Assembly (NCBI GenBank): GCA_040219255.1 | Contig: JAVJSW010000046.1 | Location: 192,209 to 256,208, forward strand | Direction of reading: 5' to 3' | Source: Sumerlaeia bacterium | GTDB taxonomy: Bacteria; Sumerlaeota; Sumerlaeia; SLMS01; JAHLLQ01 | Length of the DNA: 64,000 bases | Shown: positions 38,746-50,780 of the stretch, one piece after another | Layout of the letters: each line of letters begins with the position of its first letter | Position numbering within the stretch: position 1 is the stretch's first letter | Position numbers and translations under genes: made by a program | The notes under the pieces: model-generated | What the model was told of the DNA's origin: nothing | Seen by the model: only the letters and a program-made list of their open reading frames with translations | The model's database searches: none

Positions 38746-39411
38746 ATGCCATACCGTCCTAAATCCCCCACCTTTAGCGTACCACCGAATCCGAAGATTT
38801 ACCACATCGTGCATGTCGATAGGTTGGAATCGATACTGGAATGCGAGGGATTGTACTCAGACGCGGAAGTTCGGGATCGCGCGCTTCCCGGCTCCGCGAT
38901 AGGCATGGATCATATCAAAGAACGAAGGCTAAAATTCAACAAACTTGACAGTCACTTCGACCTGACCGTTGGACAGTGTGTTCCATTCAATTTCTGCCCT
39001 CGCTCTGTGATGCTTTACAAAATCTATCGTAAACCAGGTGATCTCGCCTATCACGGTGGACAAGAATCGATCGTTCACTTGGAGGCTGATTTGTATGGCG
39101 TGGTCGATGCTCTTGATCGGAGAGGGCTTCGGTGGGCTTTCACTCTTGTCAACGCAGCCTGCGCGTTCTTCGAAGATCGGTGCTCACTCGCGTCCCTGGA
39201 GGAAATCAATTGGCCAGCAGTACACGAACTGAATTGGGCTGGGGTCAAGGACTCCAAGCAAGCCGAATTCCTGGTCGAGCGGTTCTTCCCGTGGAGTTTA
39301 GTGGACCGCGTCGGGGTTCTCAATCCCGAGATTCATCGACGAGCGCGGAATATATTGCGCCAATGCGAGCATCAACCCACAGTGGAAGTGATTCCCGGGT
39401 GGTACTATTAG
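38746..39411 (+). CDS. darT: DNA ADP-ribosyltransferase toxin DarT (DUF4433)
   Basis: KIYHIVHVDRL, VPFNFCPRSVMLY, KQAEFLV (catalytic Glu), C-terminal WYY. Confidence 0.92.
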   Translation: MPYRPKSPTFSVPPNPKIYHIVHVDRLESILECEGLYSDAEVRDRALPGSAIGMDHIKERRLKFNKLDSHFDLTVGQCVPFNFCPRSVMLYKIYRKPGDLAYHGGQESIVHLEADLYGVVDALDRRGLRWAFTLVNAACAFFEDRCSLASLEEINWPAVHELNWAGVKDSKQAEFLVERFFPWSLVDRVGVLNPEIHRRARNILRQCEHQPTVEVIPGWYY

Positions 39412-39424
39412 GAAGGAGGCGGCC

Positions 39425-40480
39425 ATGATCGAGTACCGAGTCGGTGACATTCTAGACGCGGACGTGCAAGCGCTCGTCAACACCGTGAATTGCGTCGGGG
39501 TGATGGGTCGTGGCATCGCCTTGCAGTTCAAGAAGAGCTTTCCCGAAAATTTCAAGGCATACAGGAAGGCTTGCGAGGCACACGAGGTTGTCCCAGGCCG
39601 GGTCTTCACTTACGATACGAAGGACTTTACCCGGCACCGCTACGTCATGAACTTTCCAACAAAGCGGCACTGGCGGGGGAAGAGCGATCTGAAGGACATC
39701 GAGGCGGGCTTGGCGGATCTTGTCAAGCAGGTGCGGGAACTAGCCATTTCCTCGATTGCGATTCCACCTCTTGGGTGTGGGTTGGGCGGATTGGATTGGG
39801 GGGAGGTAAGGCCTATCATTGAAGGAGCATTTCGAGGGCTTGAGGAGGTGCGCGTCATCCTCTTCGAACCGGGCGGTGTCGCTTCGACGGAGCGAATGAA
39901 GAATGCCACAAAGCCTCCAAGAATGACAGCGGGCAGAGCCGCGCTCCTCGGTTTGATGGATCGGTATTTAGACGGCCTTTTGGATCCGTTTGTTTCTTTG
40001 TTGGAGATTCATAAGTTGCTGTATTTCCTTCAAGTTTCCGGAGAAGATCTCAAGCTAGAATATAAACGAGGCGTTTACGGACCCTACTCAGAAACCGTTC
40101 GTCACGTTCTCAATAGGCTTGAGGGCCACTTTACAAGTGGCTATCTGGATGGAGGAGACGACCCATGGAAAGAAATTGCGATTGTCCCGGGCGCCCTGAA
40201 TGAAGCATGTGAATTTCTGAAGACAAGACCCGGTACGAGAACAAGATTTGCACGAGTCTCCGAATTGATCGACGGCTTTGAGAGTCCGTATGGATTGGAA
40301 CTGCTCGCTACAGTTCACTGGCTTTGTAACGAAAGGCCCTTCTCATCAACCGATGACATCGCGCGGGCTGTGCACGCCTGGAACGATCAAAAACGAAAGT
40401 TCACACCTCACCAAGTCGAAATCGCATACGACCAGTTGCTCGAGTACGGCTGGGTCGAACCTCTGGATATTCGCTGCTGA
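39425..40480 (+). CDS. darG: macrodomain antitoxin DarG
   Basis: ALVNTVNCVGVMGRGIALQFK, NFPTKRHW, PPLGCGLGGLDW, GFESPYGLELLATVHW. Confidence 0.93.
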   Translation: MIEYRVGDILDADVQALVNTVNCVGVMGRGIALQFKKSFPENFKAYRKACEAHEVVPGRVFTYDTKDFTRHRYVMNFPTKRHWRGKSDLKDIEAGLADLVKQVRELAISSIAIPPLGCGLGGLDWGEVRPIIEGAFRGLEEVRVILFEPGGVASTERMKNATKPPRMTAGRAALLGLMDRYLDGLLDPFVSLLEIHKLLYFLQVSGEDLKLEYKRGVYGPYSETVRHVLNRLEGHFTSGYLDGGDDPWKEIAIVPGALNEACEFLKTRPGTRTRFARVSELIDGFESPYGLELLATVHWLCNERPFSSTDDIARAVHAWNDQKRKFTPHQVEIAYDQLLEYGWVEPLDIRC

Positions 40481-40598
40481 CGACCTTCCACTCTTGCTGC
40501 TTACAGGCGGAAACTCAAGGGAGCGGCCCGCCGTGTCGCCTCAGGGAGCCTAAACCGGGGAGACCCGCGCCTCCCAAGACCCTTTTCGACGCCCCATC

Positions 40599-40625
40599 AA
40601 AAAACGCCGCCTCATCGAAGGCGGC
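40599..40625 (-). terminator. rho-independent terminator of tRNA-Gly
   Basis: Minus strand GCCGCCTTCGATGAGGCGGCGTTTTTT. Confidence 0.7.
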
Positions 40626-40650
40626 AACCCTTGCATTTCTTCAACTGACA

Positions 40651-40726
40651 TGGAGCGGGAGACGAGGTTCGAACTCGCGACATCTACCTTGGAAGGGTAG
40701 TGCTCTACCAACTGAGCTACTCCCGC
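40651..40726 (-). tRNA. trnG: tRNA-Gly (TCC)
   Basis: Minus strand GCGGGAGTAGCTCAGTTGGTAGAGCACTACC-CTTCCAA-GGTAG...TCCCGCTCCA. Confidence 0.96.
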
Positions 40727-40893
40727 TCGGGAGAAGACGAATGATGGGAATTCGGGGGCGGATGTCAAGGGTTCTCGCGCCGGTTTTGGACAGGTTTCCG
40801 CCCCTCCGGCGCAAACTTCCCTTGTGACAGGCGCCGCTTGTTGGGACCTGATCGGGGCATTATCCCCAGTCTTTCCCGGAGTCCCAACGTCCC

Positions 40894-42297
40894 ATGAGCC
40901 ACGAGCACACCTCCGCCACGCCGACCGAGCATCAGGTGCGCGGTCAGTTCACGACAAAGATCGGCTTTGCTCTTGCCGCCGTCGGGTCGGCCGTCGGTCT
41001 CGGCAACATCTGGAAATTCCCCTACATCATGGGCGAATCCGGCGGCGCGGCCTTTATCCTGGTGTACCTGATCTGTATTGCATTGGTAGGCATTCCGGTG
41101 CTGTTGGCCGAGTTCGTCATCGGCCGCCACGGCCAGACCAGCGCGGTGGGCTCTTTCAGGAAGATCGCTCCAGGCAAGCCTTGGTGGCTCAATGGTCTGC
41201 TGGGGATTGTTGCGGCGTTCTTTATCCTGTCTTTCTACAGCGCCGTCGCTGGCTGGGTGCTGCGCTATGCCGTTCTTGGTGTAACCCACGGCTATGAAGG
41301 CGTTGGCGCCGACCAATTCCTTGGCTTTATCGACAGTATCGGCGGCCCGGTGATCTTTCAGTTCGTGGTGATGTTCCTGACCGGCGCGATCATCTTCGCG
41401 GGGATCGAGAAGGGCGTCGAGCGTGTCGCGACCTGGATGATGCCGGTGCTGGTGGTGCTGCTGCTGCTGGTGGTTCTGCGGGCGCTGACGTTGCCGGGTG
41501 CGGGCGCGGGCGTCGCGTTCATGTTCAAGCCCGACTTCTCGAAGATCGACGGCGGTGTGATCCTGGTGGCGCTGGGCCACGCGTTCTTCACCCTGTCAAT
41601 CGGCATGGGCGCGATGATTACCTATGCTTCCTATGTGGGCAAAAAACAGAATTTGGGGACGACGGCGCTGACGGTCGGAGCCATGGACACGGGCATCGCG
41701 ATTTTGGCGGGACTGGCGATTTTCCCGGCGGTTTTCGCTTTCGGCATGGAGCCGGACGCCGGGCCCGGGTTGCTCTTCATCATGCTGCCGGAACTGTTCG
41801 CTCAGATGCCGCTGGGGCGCGCTGTGGGAATCGCCTTCTTTACCCTCGTCTTTATCGCGGCGCTGACCTCGACGATTTCCATTCTCGAACCGGTGGTGAC
41901 CTATCTGGTGGACGATCTGAATATCGGCCGCCACGTGGCCACGGCGGTTTCGGCCGGCATCATTTACGTGATCGGCATTCCCGCCTGCCTCAGCGCCCAT
42001 TCCGGCGGTCTGCTCGGCGAAGTCAAAATCCCTTTCCTTGGCGGTGGCCTCTCGATTTTCGACTTCCTCGACACCATGAGCAGCAAGTTCATGCTGCCCA
42101 TCGGCGGCCTGATTACCTGCCTGTTCATCGCCATCGCGTGGAACCGAAAAGCCGCCAGCCAGGAAGTTGTCGGCGAGGGCGGCAACCCCGGCCATCCGCT
42201 GGTTAGCCTGTGGTATTATCTGACCATCGTCGTGGCGCCGCTCGGTGTGCTGGCGGTGCTGATCTATGGAATCCGGGAACTGCTGAACAAGGGATAA
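40894..42297 (+). CDS. sodium-dependent transporter, NSS/SNF family
   Basis: GSAVGLGNIWKFPY...GGAAF, AFFTLSIGMG, GPGLLF. Confidence 0.93.
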   Translation: MSHEHTSATPTEHQVRGQFTTKIGFALAAVGSAVGLGNIWKFPYIMGESGGAAFILVYLICIALVGIPVLLAEFVIGRHGQTSAVGSFRKIAPGKPWWLNGLLGIVAAFFILSFYSAVAGWVLRYAVLGVTHGYEGVGADQFLGFIDSIGGPVIFQFVVMFLTGAIIFAGIEKGVERVATWMMPVLVVLLLLVVLRALTLPGAGAGVAFMFKPDFSKIDGGVILVALGHAFFTLSIGMGAMITYASYVGKKQNLGTTALTVGAMDTGIAILAGLAIFPAVFAFGMEPDAGPGLLFIMLPELFAQMPLGRAVGIAFFTLVFIAALTSTISILEPVVTYLVDDLNIGRHVATAVSAGIIYVIGIPACLSAHSGGLLGEVKIPFLGGGLSIFDFLDTMSSKFMLPIGGLITCLFIAIAWNRKAASQEVVGEGGNPGHPLVSLWYYLTIVVAPLGVLAVLIYGIRELLNKG

Positions 42298-42306
42298 GGA
42301 CCCATC

Positions 42307-42996
42307 GTGGCGCCTCGCAAACCGGCTCCGGAGGCGAGCCTTCCGCTCGCCAAAGCCCCCGCCCGGGCCATCGCCCACCTGCGCGCCACCGACCCGCGCA
42401 TGGGGGCCATCATCGACCACGTCGGGCCTTTTCATCTGCCCGAAAAACCGGCCGATTTCTTCGCCCTGTGCTCCGCCATCATGGGCCAGTCCATTTCGGT
42501 CAAGGCCGCCAAGACCATCGTGGCCCGCTTCGAGGACCTCGCCGGCGGACGCGACTACGCCACGCCGGCCATCATTCTGGCCGAGGACGCGGACTATTGG
42601 AAGGAGCGCCTGCGCCTCTCGCGCGCCAAGGCGGGCGCCCTCATCGGTCTCGCCCAGGTCTGGGAACGCGAGGCTTACACCGATGCCCAACTGCGCGCCA
42701 CCGCCGACGCGGACCTGATCCAGACCCTGACCGAGGTGCGCGGCATCGGTCCCTGGACGGTCAAGATGTTCCTGATTTTCAACCTGCGGCGGCCCGATGT
42801 CTTCCCCCAGGAAGACCTCGGTGTCGTCGAGGGCCTGCGCGTGCTTTATGACCTGCCCAAACGCCCCACCGCCCGCGAGGCTCTCGCCATGGCCGAACCG
42901 TGGGCGCCCTGGCGCACCGTGGCCACGTGGTATCTTTGGCAGGGCCTGATGAAATCGCGCGACGAGGACCTGAACTCCGGCGGGGGCTGGTGGTAG
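42307..42996 (+). CDS. alkA: DNA-3-methyladenine glycosylase II (AlkA family)
   Basis: GQSISVKAA, HhH motif LTEVRGIGPWT, DVFPQEDLG, WAPWRT. Confidence 0.85.
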   Translation: MAPRKPAPEASLPLAKAPARAIAHLRATDPRMGAIIDHVGPFHLPEKPADFFALCSAIMGQSISVKAAKTIVARFEDLAGGRDYATPAIILAEDADYWKERLRLSRAKAGALIGLAQVWEREAYTDAQLRATADADLIQTLTEVRGIGPWTVKMFLIFNLRRPDVFPQEDLGVVEGLRVLYDLPKRPTAREALAMAEPWAPWRTVATWYLWQGLMKSRDEDLNSGGGWW

Positions 42997-43079
42997 GAGA
43001 CCGTTAAAACCCACGGGTTTCCCATAAGTTTCGCCCTTGTTTTCCTGGCCTGTCTGTTGCACACTTCTGCCCATCGGCT

Positions 43080-45245
<2,166 letters not shown>

Positions 45246-45282
45246 GGGGCAGTGCAGCACCGGGTCGCGAACCCGCGACCGG

Positions 45283-47421
45283 TCACTCCATTTGCAGTCG
45301 CATAATCGCATCGCCCGTATCGAGGACCGTGTCGGGATGCAGGTCCCAATTGTCGGGATAAACGTCCTGGCCGAGGATCGCCTTGATCCATGCATCAAAG
45401 GGCGCCGGGGCGGGGGTCGGTGTCGGTGTGAGTGTCGGCGTGGGGGTCGGAGAGGGCGTGACGGTGGGCGTCATCGTCGGCGTCGGAGTAGGAGTCTGGG
45501 TGGCTGTCGGCGTGGGGATGACTCCATCAGGGGCGGCCTGTGTCAGGATGACCATCGAGTAGCGCCCCAGGGGCAGGCGCACGCTGTGCTGGAAGCCATC
45601 GTAGTCGCCAGCGATCGCATCGGTGAATTCCGTGCCGAGGCCATCGTAGTCGGCGCCGTACTGGACGTCGTCGCTGTTGAAGGCGACATACCATCGCCCG
45701 CCGCTGGGGACGCCGATCTGGTAGGTGGGGAAGGCGCGGTTGCTCAGGTTGGCCAGCACCATCACATCGTCGCCCACGCCGCCGTCCAGCCACCGGCGAT
45801 AGGCCAGCACCTTCACGGCGCCGTCTTCATTATCGGGCTGGTCGTTGAAGTGGGAGATGCGCACGTTCGGGCCGGTCAGGCCCTTGGTGCGGCCGTCCAG
45901 GTTGCGCCGCAGCGCGATCAGGTCCTTGTAGAGTTGATAAACGCCAGGGTAGGTGGTCTTGCGCGACCAATCGAGCGGATCGGTGTCTTGGAACCATTCG
46001 TCCTCGAGCAGTTCCTGGCCCTGGAACATCATCGGAATGCCCGGCGCGGTCATCACGATGCCGCCGCCGAGGGTCGAGCGCTTGCGGGCCCAGAACGAGT
46101 CGCCCGTGCCGCCGCCATCGATTTCCCACGGCACGCGGGCTTTTCCGTTGGCCACTTCGTCGTGGCTTTCGGTGTAGATGATGCGCTCGAGAGGATCGCC
46201 GTTATAGCGCGAGGCAATCGCTCCCGCCACGGCACCCAGATCGCGGAACCGGTCGTCTCCGCCGATGATGGCGTCGCGCACCGGGTGGACGAAGCCCGCA
46301 TCCCATTGCGAGTCGAAGCCCGCCCCGCCAGCGCCCGAGTCCTTCGTGATCCACTCGTTGTTTTGCAGGTCCTCGGCCACGATCAACTTGCCCGGCGCGA
46401 TGGCGTCGACGCTGTCGTTGATGTACTGAAGCAGGCTCCAGCCCTCGGGCAGGTCCTCGCCGCCGCCATGCTGCGTGTTGCGGATATTGCCGGTGGAGTC
46501 GAACCGCAGGCCGTCCATGCGGTACTCGTTGAGCCAGTACAGGGCGTTGTCCTTGAGCCAGTCGCGCACTTCCGGGATGCGGTAGTCGGGCCGGGTGTTT
46601 CCCCAATCGGTGTTCGCCCGGTTGTCTGGATAGAAATAGATGCCGCCATGGCCCAGGCATTCTCCATCGAAGCACCAGATGTGGCCGAGATCGCTCGGCC
46701 CGAAGTGGTTGTATACCACGTCGAGCAGCACGGCGATGCCGCGCCTGTGGCATTCGTCCACGAGCCGCTTGAGCTGCTCCGGCGAACCGTAGGCGCTTTC
46801 CGGGGCGAACGGATGGGCCGGGTTGTAACCCCAGGAAAAGTCCGCACCGAACTCGGCGAGCGGCATGATCTTCACCGCGTTGACGCCCAGTTCCACCAGC
46901 TCGTCGAGGCGCCCCAGGGCCGAGTTGAAGGACCCGGGACCGCCGCCCGGATTGTCGTTGAACGTACCGATGTGCATTTCGTAGATGATGAGTTCGTTCC
47001 AGTCGTCCATCTGGAAGTCGTTGATCTGCCAGTTGAAGGCCGTGTGATCCACGATCACGCTGTCGCCGACGCTGTTGGTCACGTCGTGGGCGCGGGGGTC
47101 GGTGCGCCAGAGGGTATCCGTACCATTTCGGATCACGTACTTATAGCGCTGACCGGCCCTCGCGCCAGGCACATCGGCGGACCAATGGCCGTTACCCTCG
47201 TTCGCCAGCGGATTGGCGTCCATGTTCCACCTGTTGAAATCGCCTGCCACCGAGACCGCATCCGCGTTCGGCGCCCAGACTCGAAAGGCAACGCCGGACG
47301 AATCCACCAGCGGACCGACCCCTTGCTTCTGCGTCGGGGTCTGAGCCACCAGCGGTTGCGCCACCGTCAGGCAAAGCCCGAGGAGGAATGTCGTCGCGAG
47401 GCGGAGGTGCTTCTGAGTCAT
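45283..47421 (-). CDS. secreted GH13 glycosidase (CBM48 + TreZ/GlgB-like) with Pro-Thr linker and dockerin-like tail
   Basis: Signal peptide, FRVWAPNA, YEMHIGTF, WGYNP, DVVYNH, DGLRFD, ESHDE, (PT)n, DLHPDTVLDTGD. Confidence 0.88.
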   Translation of the reverse strand: MTQKHLRLATTFLLGLCLTVAQPLVAQTPTQKQGVGPLVDSSGVAFRVWAPNADAVSVAGDFNRWNMDANPLANEGNGHWSADVPGARAGQRYKYVIRNGTDTLWRTDPRAHDVTNSVGDSVIVDHTAFNWQINDFQMDDWNELIIYEMHIGTFNDNPGGGPGSFNSALGRLDELVELGVNAVKIMPLAEFGADFSWGYNPAHPFAPESAYGSPEQLKRLVDECHRRGIAVLLDVVYNHFGPSDLGHIWCFDGECLGHGGIYFYPDNRANTDWGNTRPDYRIPEVRDWLKDNALYWLNEYRMDGLRFDSTGNIRNTQHGGGEDLPEGWSLLQYINDSVDAIAPGKLIVAEDLQNNEWITKDSGAGGAGFDSQWDAGFVHPVRDAIIGGDDRFRDLGAVAGAIASRYNGDPLERIIYTESHDEVANGKARVPWEIDGGGTGDSFWARKRSTLGGGIVMTAPGIPMMFQGQELLEDEWFQDTDPLDWSRKTTYPGVYQLYKDLIALRRNLDGRTKGLTGPNVRISHFNDQPDNEDGAVKVLAYRRWLDGGVGDDVMVLANLSNRAFPTYQIGVPSGGRWYVAFNSDDVQYGADYDGLGTEFTDAIAGDYDGFQHSVRLPLGRYSMVILTQAAPDGVIPTPTATQTPTPTPTMTPTVTPSPTPTPTLTPTPTPAPAPFDAWIKAILGQDVYPDNWDLHPDTVLDTGDAIMRLQME

Positions 47422-47608
47422 GGTCTAAGCCTTTGCAGAAAACAAATGGAAGGCAGTCGGCGATTGCGTAGCCTTCGAGAAAGGATTGGTAAAGGGCCGT
47501 AGAAAAGACTTCAACCCAAGCCGGTCGGAATTCGGGACGCACGAAGAAAGCGCTTTATTCAGGCGCATCTTCCAAAATTCGATTGTGAGGAAGTTTTTCG
47601 TCCGGCCT

Positions 47609-48373
47609 TCAGGCCGCCGCCACCGGTGCTTTCGCCCCATCCGATTCCTTCGCCGCCGCCGTCTCCAGCGGGCATTCCCAATCCGGCATCGGCACGCCCC
47701 GGGTCTCCGCCAGCCACCGATCCAGGCTCCAGAAGTGCACGCCTCGTGCCACCGCGTCGGTCAGGAACCAGGAAAACGCCTCGGTCAGCTCGTCGCTCTT
47801 GCCGGCGTAATGCGGATGGACGGGCAGAACGCTGAGTTTTTTCGCCTTGGTGAAGAATCGGAAGAGGCCGAAGGCGGTCCGGGGGCGGAGGCGGAGGGTG
47901 TCGTAAAGGGGCATCCACTCGCGGAACCAGGTCGGATCGATCTCCTCCACGGCGCCCATGTCCCACCGGAAGTAGAGCCGGCTGGCGTCGAAGACGAAGC
48001 CTTCTTCGTTCAGAATGGCCACCGTGTCGCGGTTGGTGCAGTGCATCGGGGCGCGAAAGCCGCGGGTCGGCCGGCCGATGCAGTCCTCCACGGCGGCCTT
48101 GCCGCCCAGGATTTCGCGGCGCTGGGTTGTCTTATCGAGCGTCCGCAGGTTCGGATGGGTCAGAGTGTGACTTTCTGTCTGGTGCGTTTGCGCGATGGCG
48201 CGGATCAGGTCCGGATATTCCCGCACCGTCTCGCCCACGAAGAACCAGTTGGCGGGAACGCCGGCGCCATCGATGGCGCCGCGGATGCGCTCGATCTGCT
48301 GGCGGGTGCCCTCGCAGTCGCAGCACAGGATGCAATGGTGTCCAGGGGGCGGGGAGGGGGCGGGGGCGGTCAT
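47609..48373 (-). CDS. polysaccharide deacetylase family protein
   Basis: CDCE, ANWFFVG, ESHTLTHPNL, GFRAP. Confidence 0.8.
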   Translation of the reverse strand: MTAPAPSPPPGHHCILCCDCEGTRQQIERIRGAIDGAGVPANWFFVGETVREYPDLIRAIAQTHQTESHTLTHPNLRTLDKTTQRREILGGKAAVEDCIGRPTRGFRAPMHCTNRDTVAILNEEGFVFDASRLYFRWDMGAVEEIDPTWFREWMPLYDTLRLRPRTAFGLFRFFTKAKKLSVLPVHPHYAGKSDELTEAFSWFLTDAVARGVHFWSLDRWLAETRGVPMPDWECPLETAAAKESDGAKAPVAAA

Positions 48374-48477
48374 GGCGAGGTGGTGCTGGGCCTCGATTGG
48401 GATGGGGTTTTTTATGGGGCGGAGAGGGCCGGGTCTCAACGCTTTTTGAGCGGGGACGACTCTCATCGACCCCGATA

Positions 48478-48516
48478 ACCACAGAGTGTCACAGAGGATG
48501 GAGTGGTGCACAGAGG
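48478..48516 (+). repeat. single arm of ACCACAGAG-type repeat
   Basis: ACCACAGAGTGTCACAGAGG...GCACAGAGG, similar to the 21901 arm. Confidence 0.5.
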
Positions 48517-48608
48517 GGGAGGACAACCCCGCGGGGGATTTCTTTTGCCCCGCGGCGCCCGGCCCGCTTCGCCTTGTGGCGATCTCCGCCTGCCAACAGG
48601 AGCGCCCC

Positions 48609-48875
48609 ATGATCGGCTTCGAAGACTTCGTCCCCGCCCAACTCGACAAACCCGGCTTTCTCAAGCGTGCCCAATACGAACCGCTGTCCGAGGTCATGAA
48701 ACGCCTCAACGCCTGGGTCGAGCAGCATCAGGTCGAGGTGCTTCAGTTCGAAACGGTTGTGATCCCGAACATGCACTCGCGCTGGGAAGAAGGCTCCCGC
48801 GACCCGGAAACCGGCACCGGGGGCGAGGTTGGCAGCGTCTGGAATCAGTTTATCCGGGTTTGGTACCGGTATTGA
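48609..48875 (+). CDS. hypothetical protein (88 aa)
   Basis: CAGGAG RBS; host-like codon usage; globular-looking sequence FEDFVP...FIRVWY. Confidence 0.7.
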   Translation: MIGFEDFVPAQLDKPGFLKRAQYEPLSEVMKRLNAWVEQHQVEVLQFETVVIPNMHSRWEEGSRDPETGTGGEVGSVWNQFIRVWYRY

Positions 48876-48967
48876 GGGGGGAGATGGCCCGGTTGCTGGG
48901 TAGCGTTTCGGATTGACCCAAGAGGAAGGGGCGTGCGCGAATGTCAAAAACCTAAGGATGGATTCGC

Positions 48968-49609
48968 ATGCCGCCTATAATTCTCAATGAATTGACAATT
49001 TTCTTTATCATTCTTTTAGGAAGCTTGGCCTTTTTCCATGCTGTTTGGCTCATTTTTATTCTGTCCCTCGACAAAAAGCTTTGCTTTTTTCTTGACCCGT
49101 CGGAGTCACGAGAAAAATCAAAAGATGGCAAGCGGAATAAAGTGTTGCAACCTGAGATTGAGAACGGGGGTGACTTTTCTGACGCATACATAAAAAAATA
49201 CGTCCCCAAGATAATCCTATCAAATGCTCTTATACCTATATATACATATTTGGGGATTCTCGGTACAGTGTTAGGATTAATTATGATAGGTGGCGGCGAA
49301 GAGCTTGAGGAAGGTTTAGCCACGGCTTTATACACGACGGCAATTGGGTTGGTCCTTTCCATGTTTTTTAGAGTGGTCTGTGCTCATGTAAACAAGAATG
49401 CTGAACGATTCAGGACTTGGTATCAGGACTTCATCGGTGAGAGTAATAGGCAGGATATGGAAAAGAAGCTTCGCAAGGAGGGTTGGCGAAAGGAGGACGA
49501 GTCCACCGAACGTAGGCCGGATGAGCCTCAGCAGCGCAGTAGCTCGACATCGCAGGACTCCGGTCTGGGAGACAGGCACTCGAAGAATGTTGCGGAGGGC
49601 GTGAAGTAA
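48968..49609 (+). CDS. MotA/TolQ/ExbB proton-channel family protein
   Basis: N-terminal TM helix plus YLGILGTVLGLI...GLATALYTTAIGLVLS; AT-rich. Confidence 0.8.
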   Translation: MPPIILNELTIFFIILLGSLAFFHAVWLIFILSLDKKLCFFLDPSESREKSKDGKRNKVLQPEIENGGDFSDAYIKKYVPKIILSNALIPIYTYLGILGTVLGLIMIGGGEELEEGLATALYTTAIGLVLSMFFRVVCAHVNKNAERFRTWYQDFIGESNRQDMEKKLRKEGWRKEDESTERRPDEPQQRSSSTSQDSGLGDRHSKNVAEGVK

Positions 49610-50349
49610 TGGATTTTCAAGAGGAAGGCGCAATCGACCTTACCCCGTTGCTGGATATTGTATTGGTTGTCCTGATGGTGTTTTCTCTTCGCGTAGTCGA
49701 GCAAGGGAAAGACACAACTGCGGAGTCGATGGAGGAAATAGCGCGGCTTCAAGAGACGATCGAAGATCTCCGGGGTAACAACTCGGCATTGCGGGAGCGA
49801 AGTATGGAGTTGGAACGGCACGTGGCAAGCCTCGATCAAGAAGTCAAAAACGCGACGGAAGAAATCGATCAGATCGTGGCGAACAACACCGAGCAACAGC
49901 AAATGCTCGCGGATTCCCTCGCCGAGTTTTTTCAATCAGCACCGGAAATTTTCGAGGAAATGACTTCGGAAGTTCCTTCGGACATGGCCGATAAGTTGGC
50001 ATCATTAACCGATCCAAAAGAAGTGATAAAGCAATTGGCCAAATTGCAAAAGTTATCGCAGTTTTTTTTGCCGATGGAAGTTTCCCTCAAGAAAAACACT
50101 GTATATGTCGAAGGACTGGATGCGGCCTACAACGCCATGGATCAAGACCTGGTGAAGGCGAAAATTGAAGAAGGTAAGCAGCTTTTGGCCGAACAGAATC
50201 GAAACGCCCCCCATATCATTGTGATCCTGACCTATGACAGCAGGTCGTCAGTCGTCGCAGTTGACAACGTCAAGGATGCCTTAATCGACGTGAGGAACAG
50301 CCATCTCGAGGGTGAATTCCTGTATACTGTTTTGGGGGTTTCAGAATGA
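49609..50349 (+). CDS. ExbD/TolR-like protein with coiled-coil stalk
   Basis: IDLTPLLDIVLVVLMVF TM motif with conserved Asp, then heptad coiled coil; TAATG overlap with the upstream gene. Confidence 0.72.
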   Translation: MDFQEEGAIDLTPLLDIVLVVLMVFSLRVVEQGKDTTAESMEEIARLQETIEDLRGNNSALRERSMELERHVASLDQEVKNATEEIDQIVANNTEQQQMLADSLAEFFQSAPEIFEEMTSEVPSDMADKLASLTDPKEVIKQLAKLQKLSQFFLPMEVSLKKNTVYVEGLDAAYNAMDQDLVKAKIEEGKQLLAEQNRNAPHIIVILTYDSRSSVVAVDNVKDALIDVRNSHLEGEFLYTVLGVSE

Positions 50350-50780
50350 GGATTGACTTAGCAAAAGACAGGAGTTCCGGATTTATGGGCAGTATTGCAA
50401 AAAGTGTAACCCTTGGCGGTGTGATGGTCGTGCTTGTTGGTGGATTGGCTTATATGTTTGGTGCCGGTTTCATCACAATTGGAACCGGAGGGGGGTCTGG
50501 TCTTGGCTCGGGAAACAATTCCAAGGTGGCGGACAACCAAACGGTTATCGACACTTCCGGGCTTATCACGGTCACGGAGACGGAATACTGTCTCGCTTCG
50601 AATTGCTTCAAGCACACACAGTTGGACGCCGTGCGTGCCGCTCTCCTGGAACTTGAGGCGCCCGGGGGAATACAGGTGGAAGTGCGCCCTGAAGCCCCGC
50701 AGTTTCAGGTGGACCGGTTGCTAAATCTTTTTCGAGAGCTTAATTTGCCAAGACCAGAAGTTAGTGTTCTTAGAGAATGA
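50346..50780 (+). CDS. membrane-anchored protein with divergent ExbD-like C-terminal domain
   Basis: One TM helix, Gly/Ser linker, IQVEVRPEAPQFQVDRLLNLFRELNL; ATGA overlap. Confidence 0.6.
   Translation: MRIDLAKDRSSGFMGSIAKSVTLGGVMVVLVGGLAYMFGAGFITIGTGGGSGLGSGNNSKVADNQTVIDTSGLITVTETEYCLASNCFKHTQLDAVRAALLELEAPGGIQVEVRPEAPQFQVDRLLNLFRELNLPRPEVSVLRE

Noticed and set aside
45405-45520. Repetitive GTCGG/GGGGT DNA here and at 53815-53890
   Set aside because: These simply encode Pro-Thr linkers inside proteins.
48968-50780. Canonical Zorya system
   Set aside because: No long ZorA tail, no OmpA-like ZorB domain and no zorC/D/E genes; kept instead as an unclassified motor cassette.
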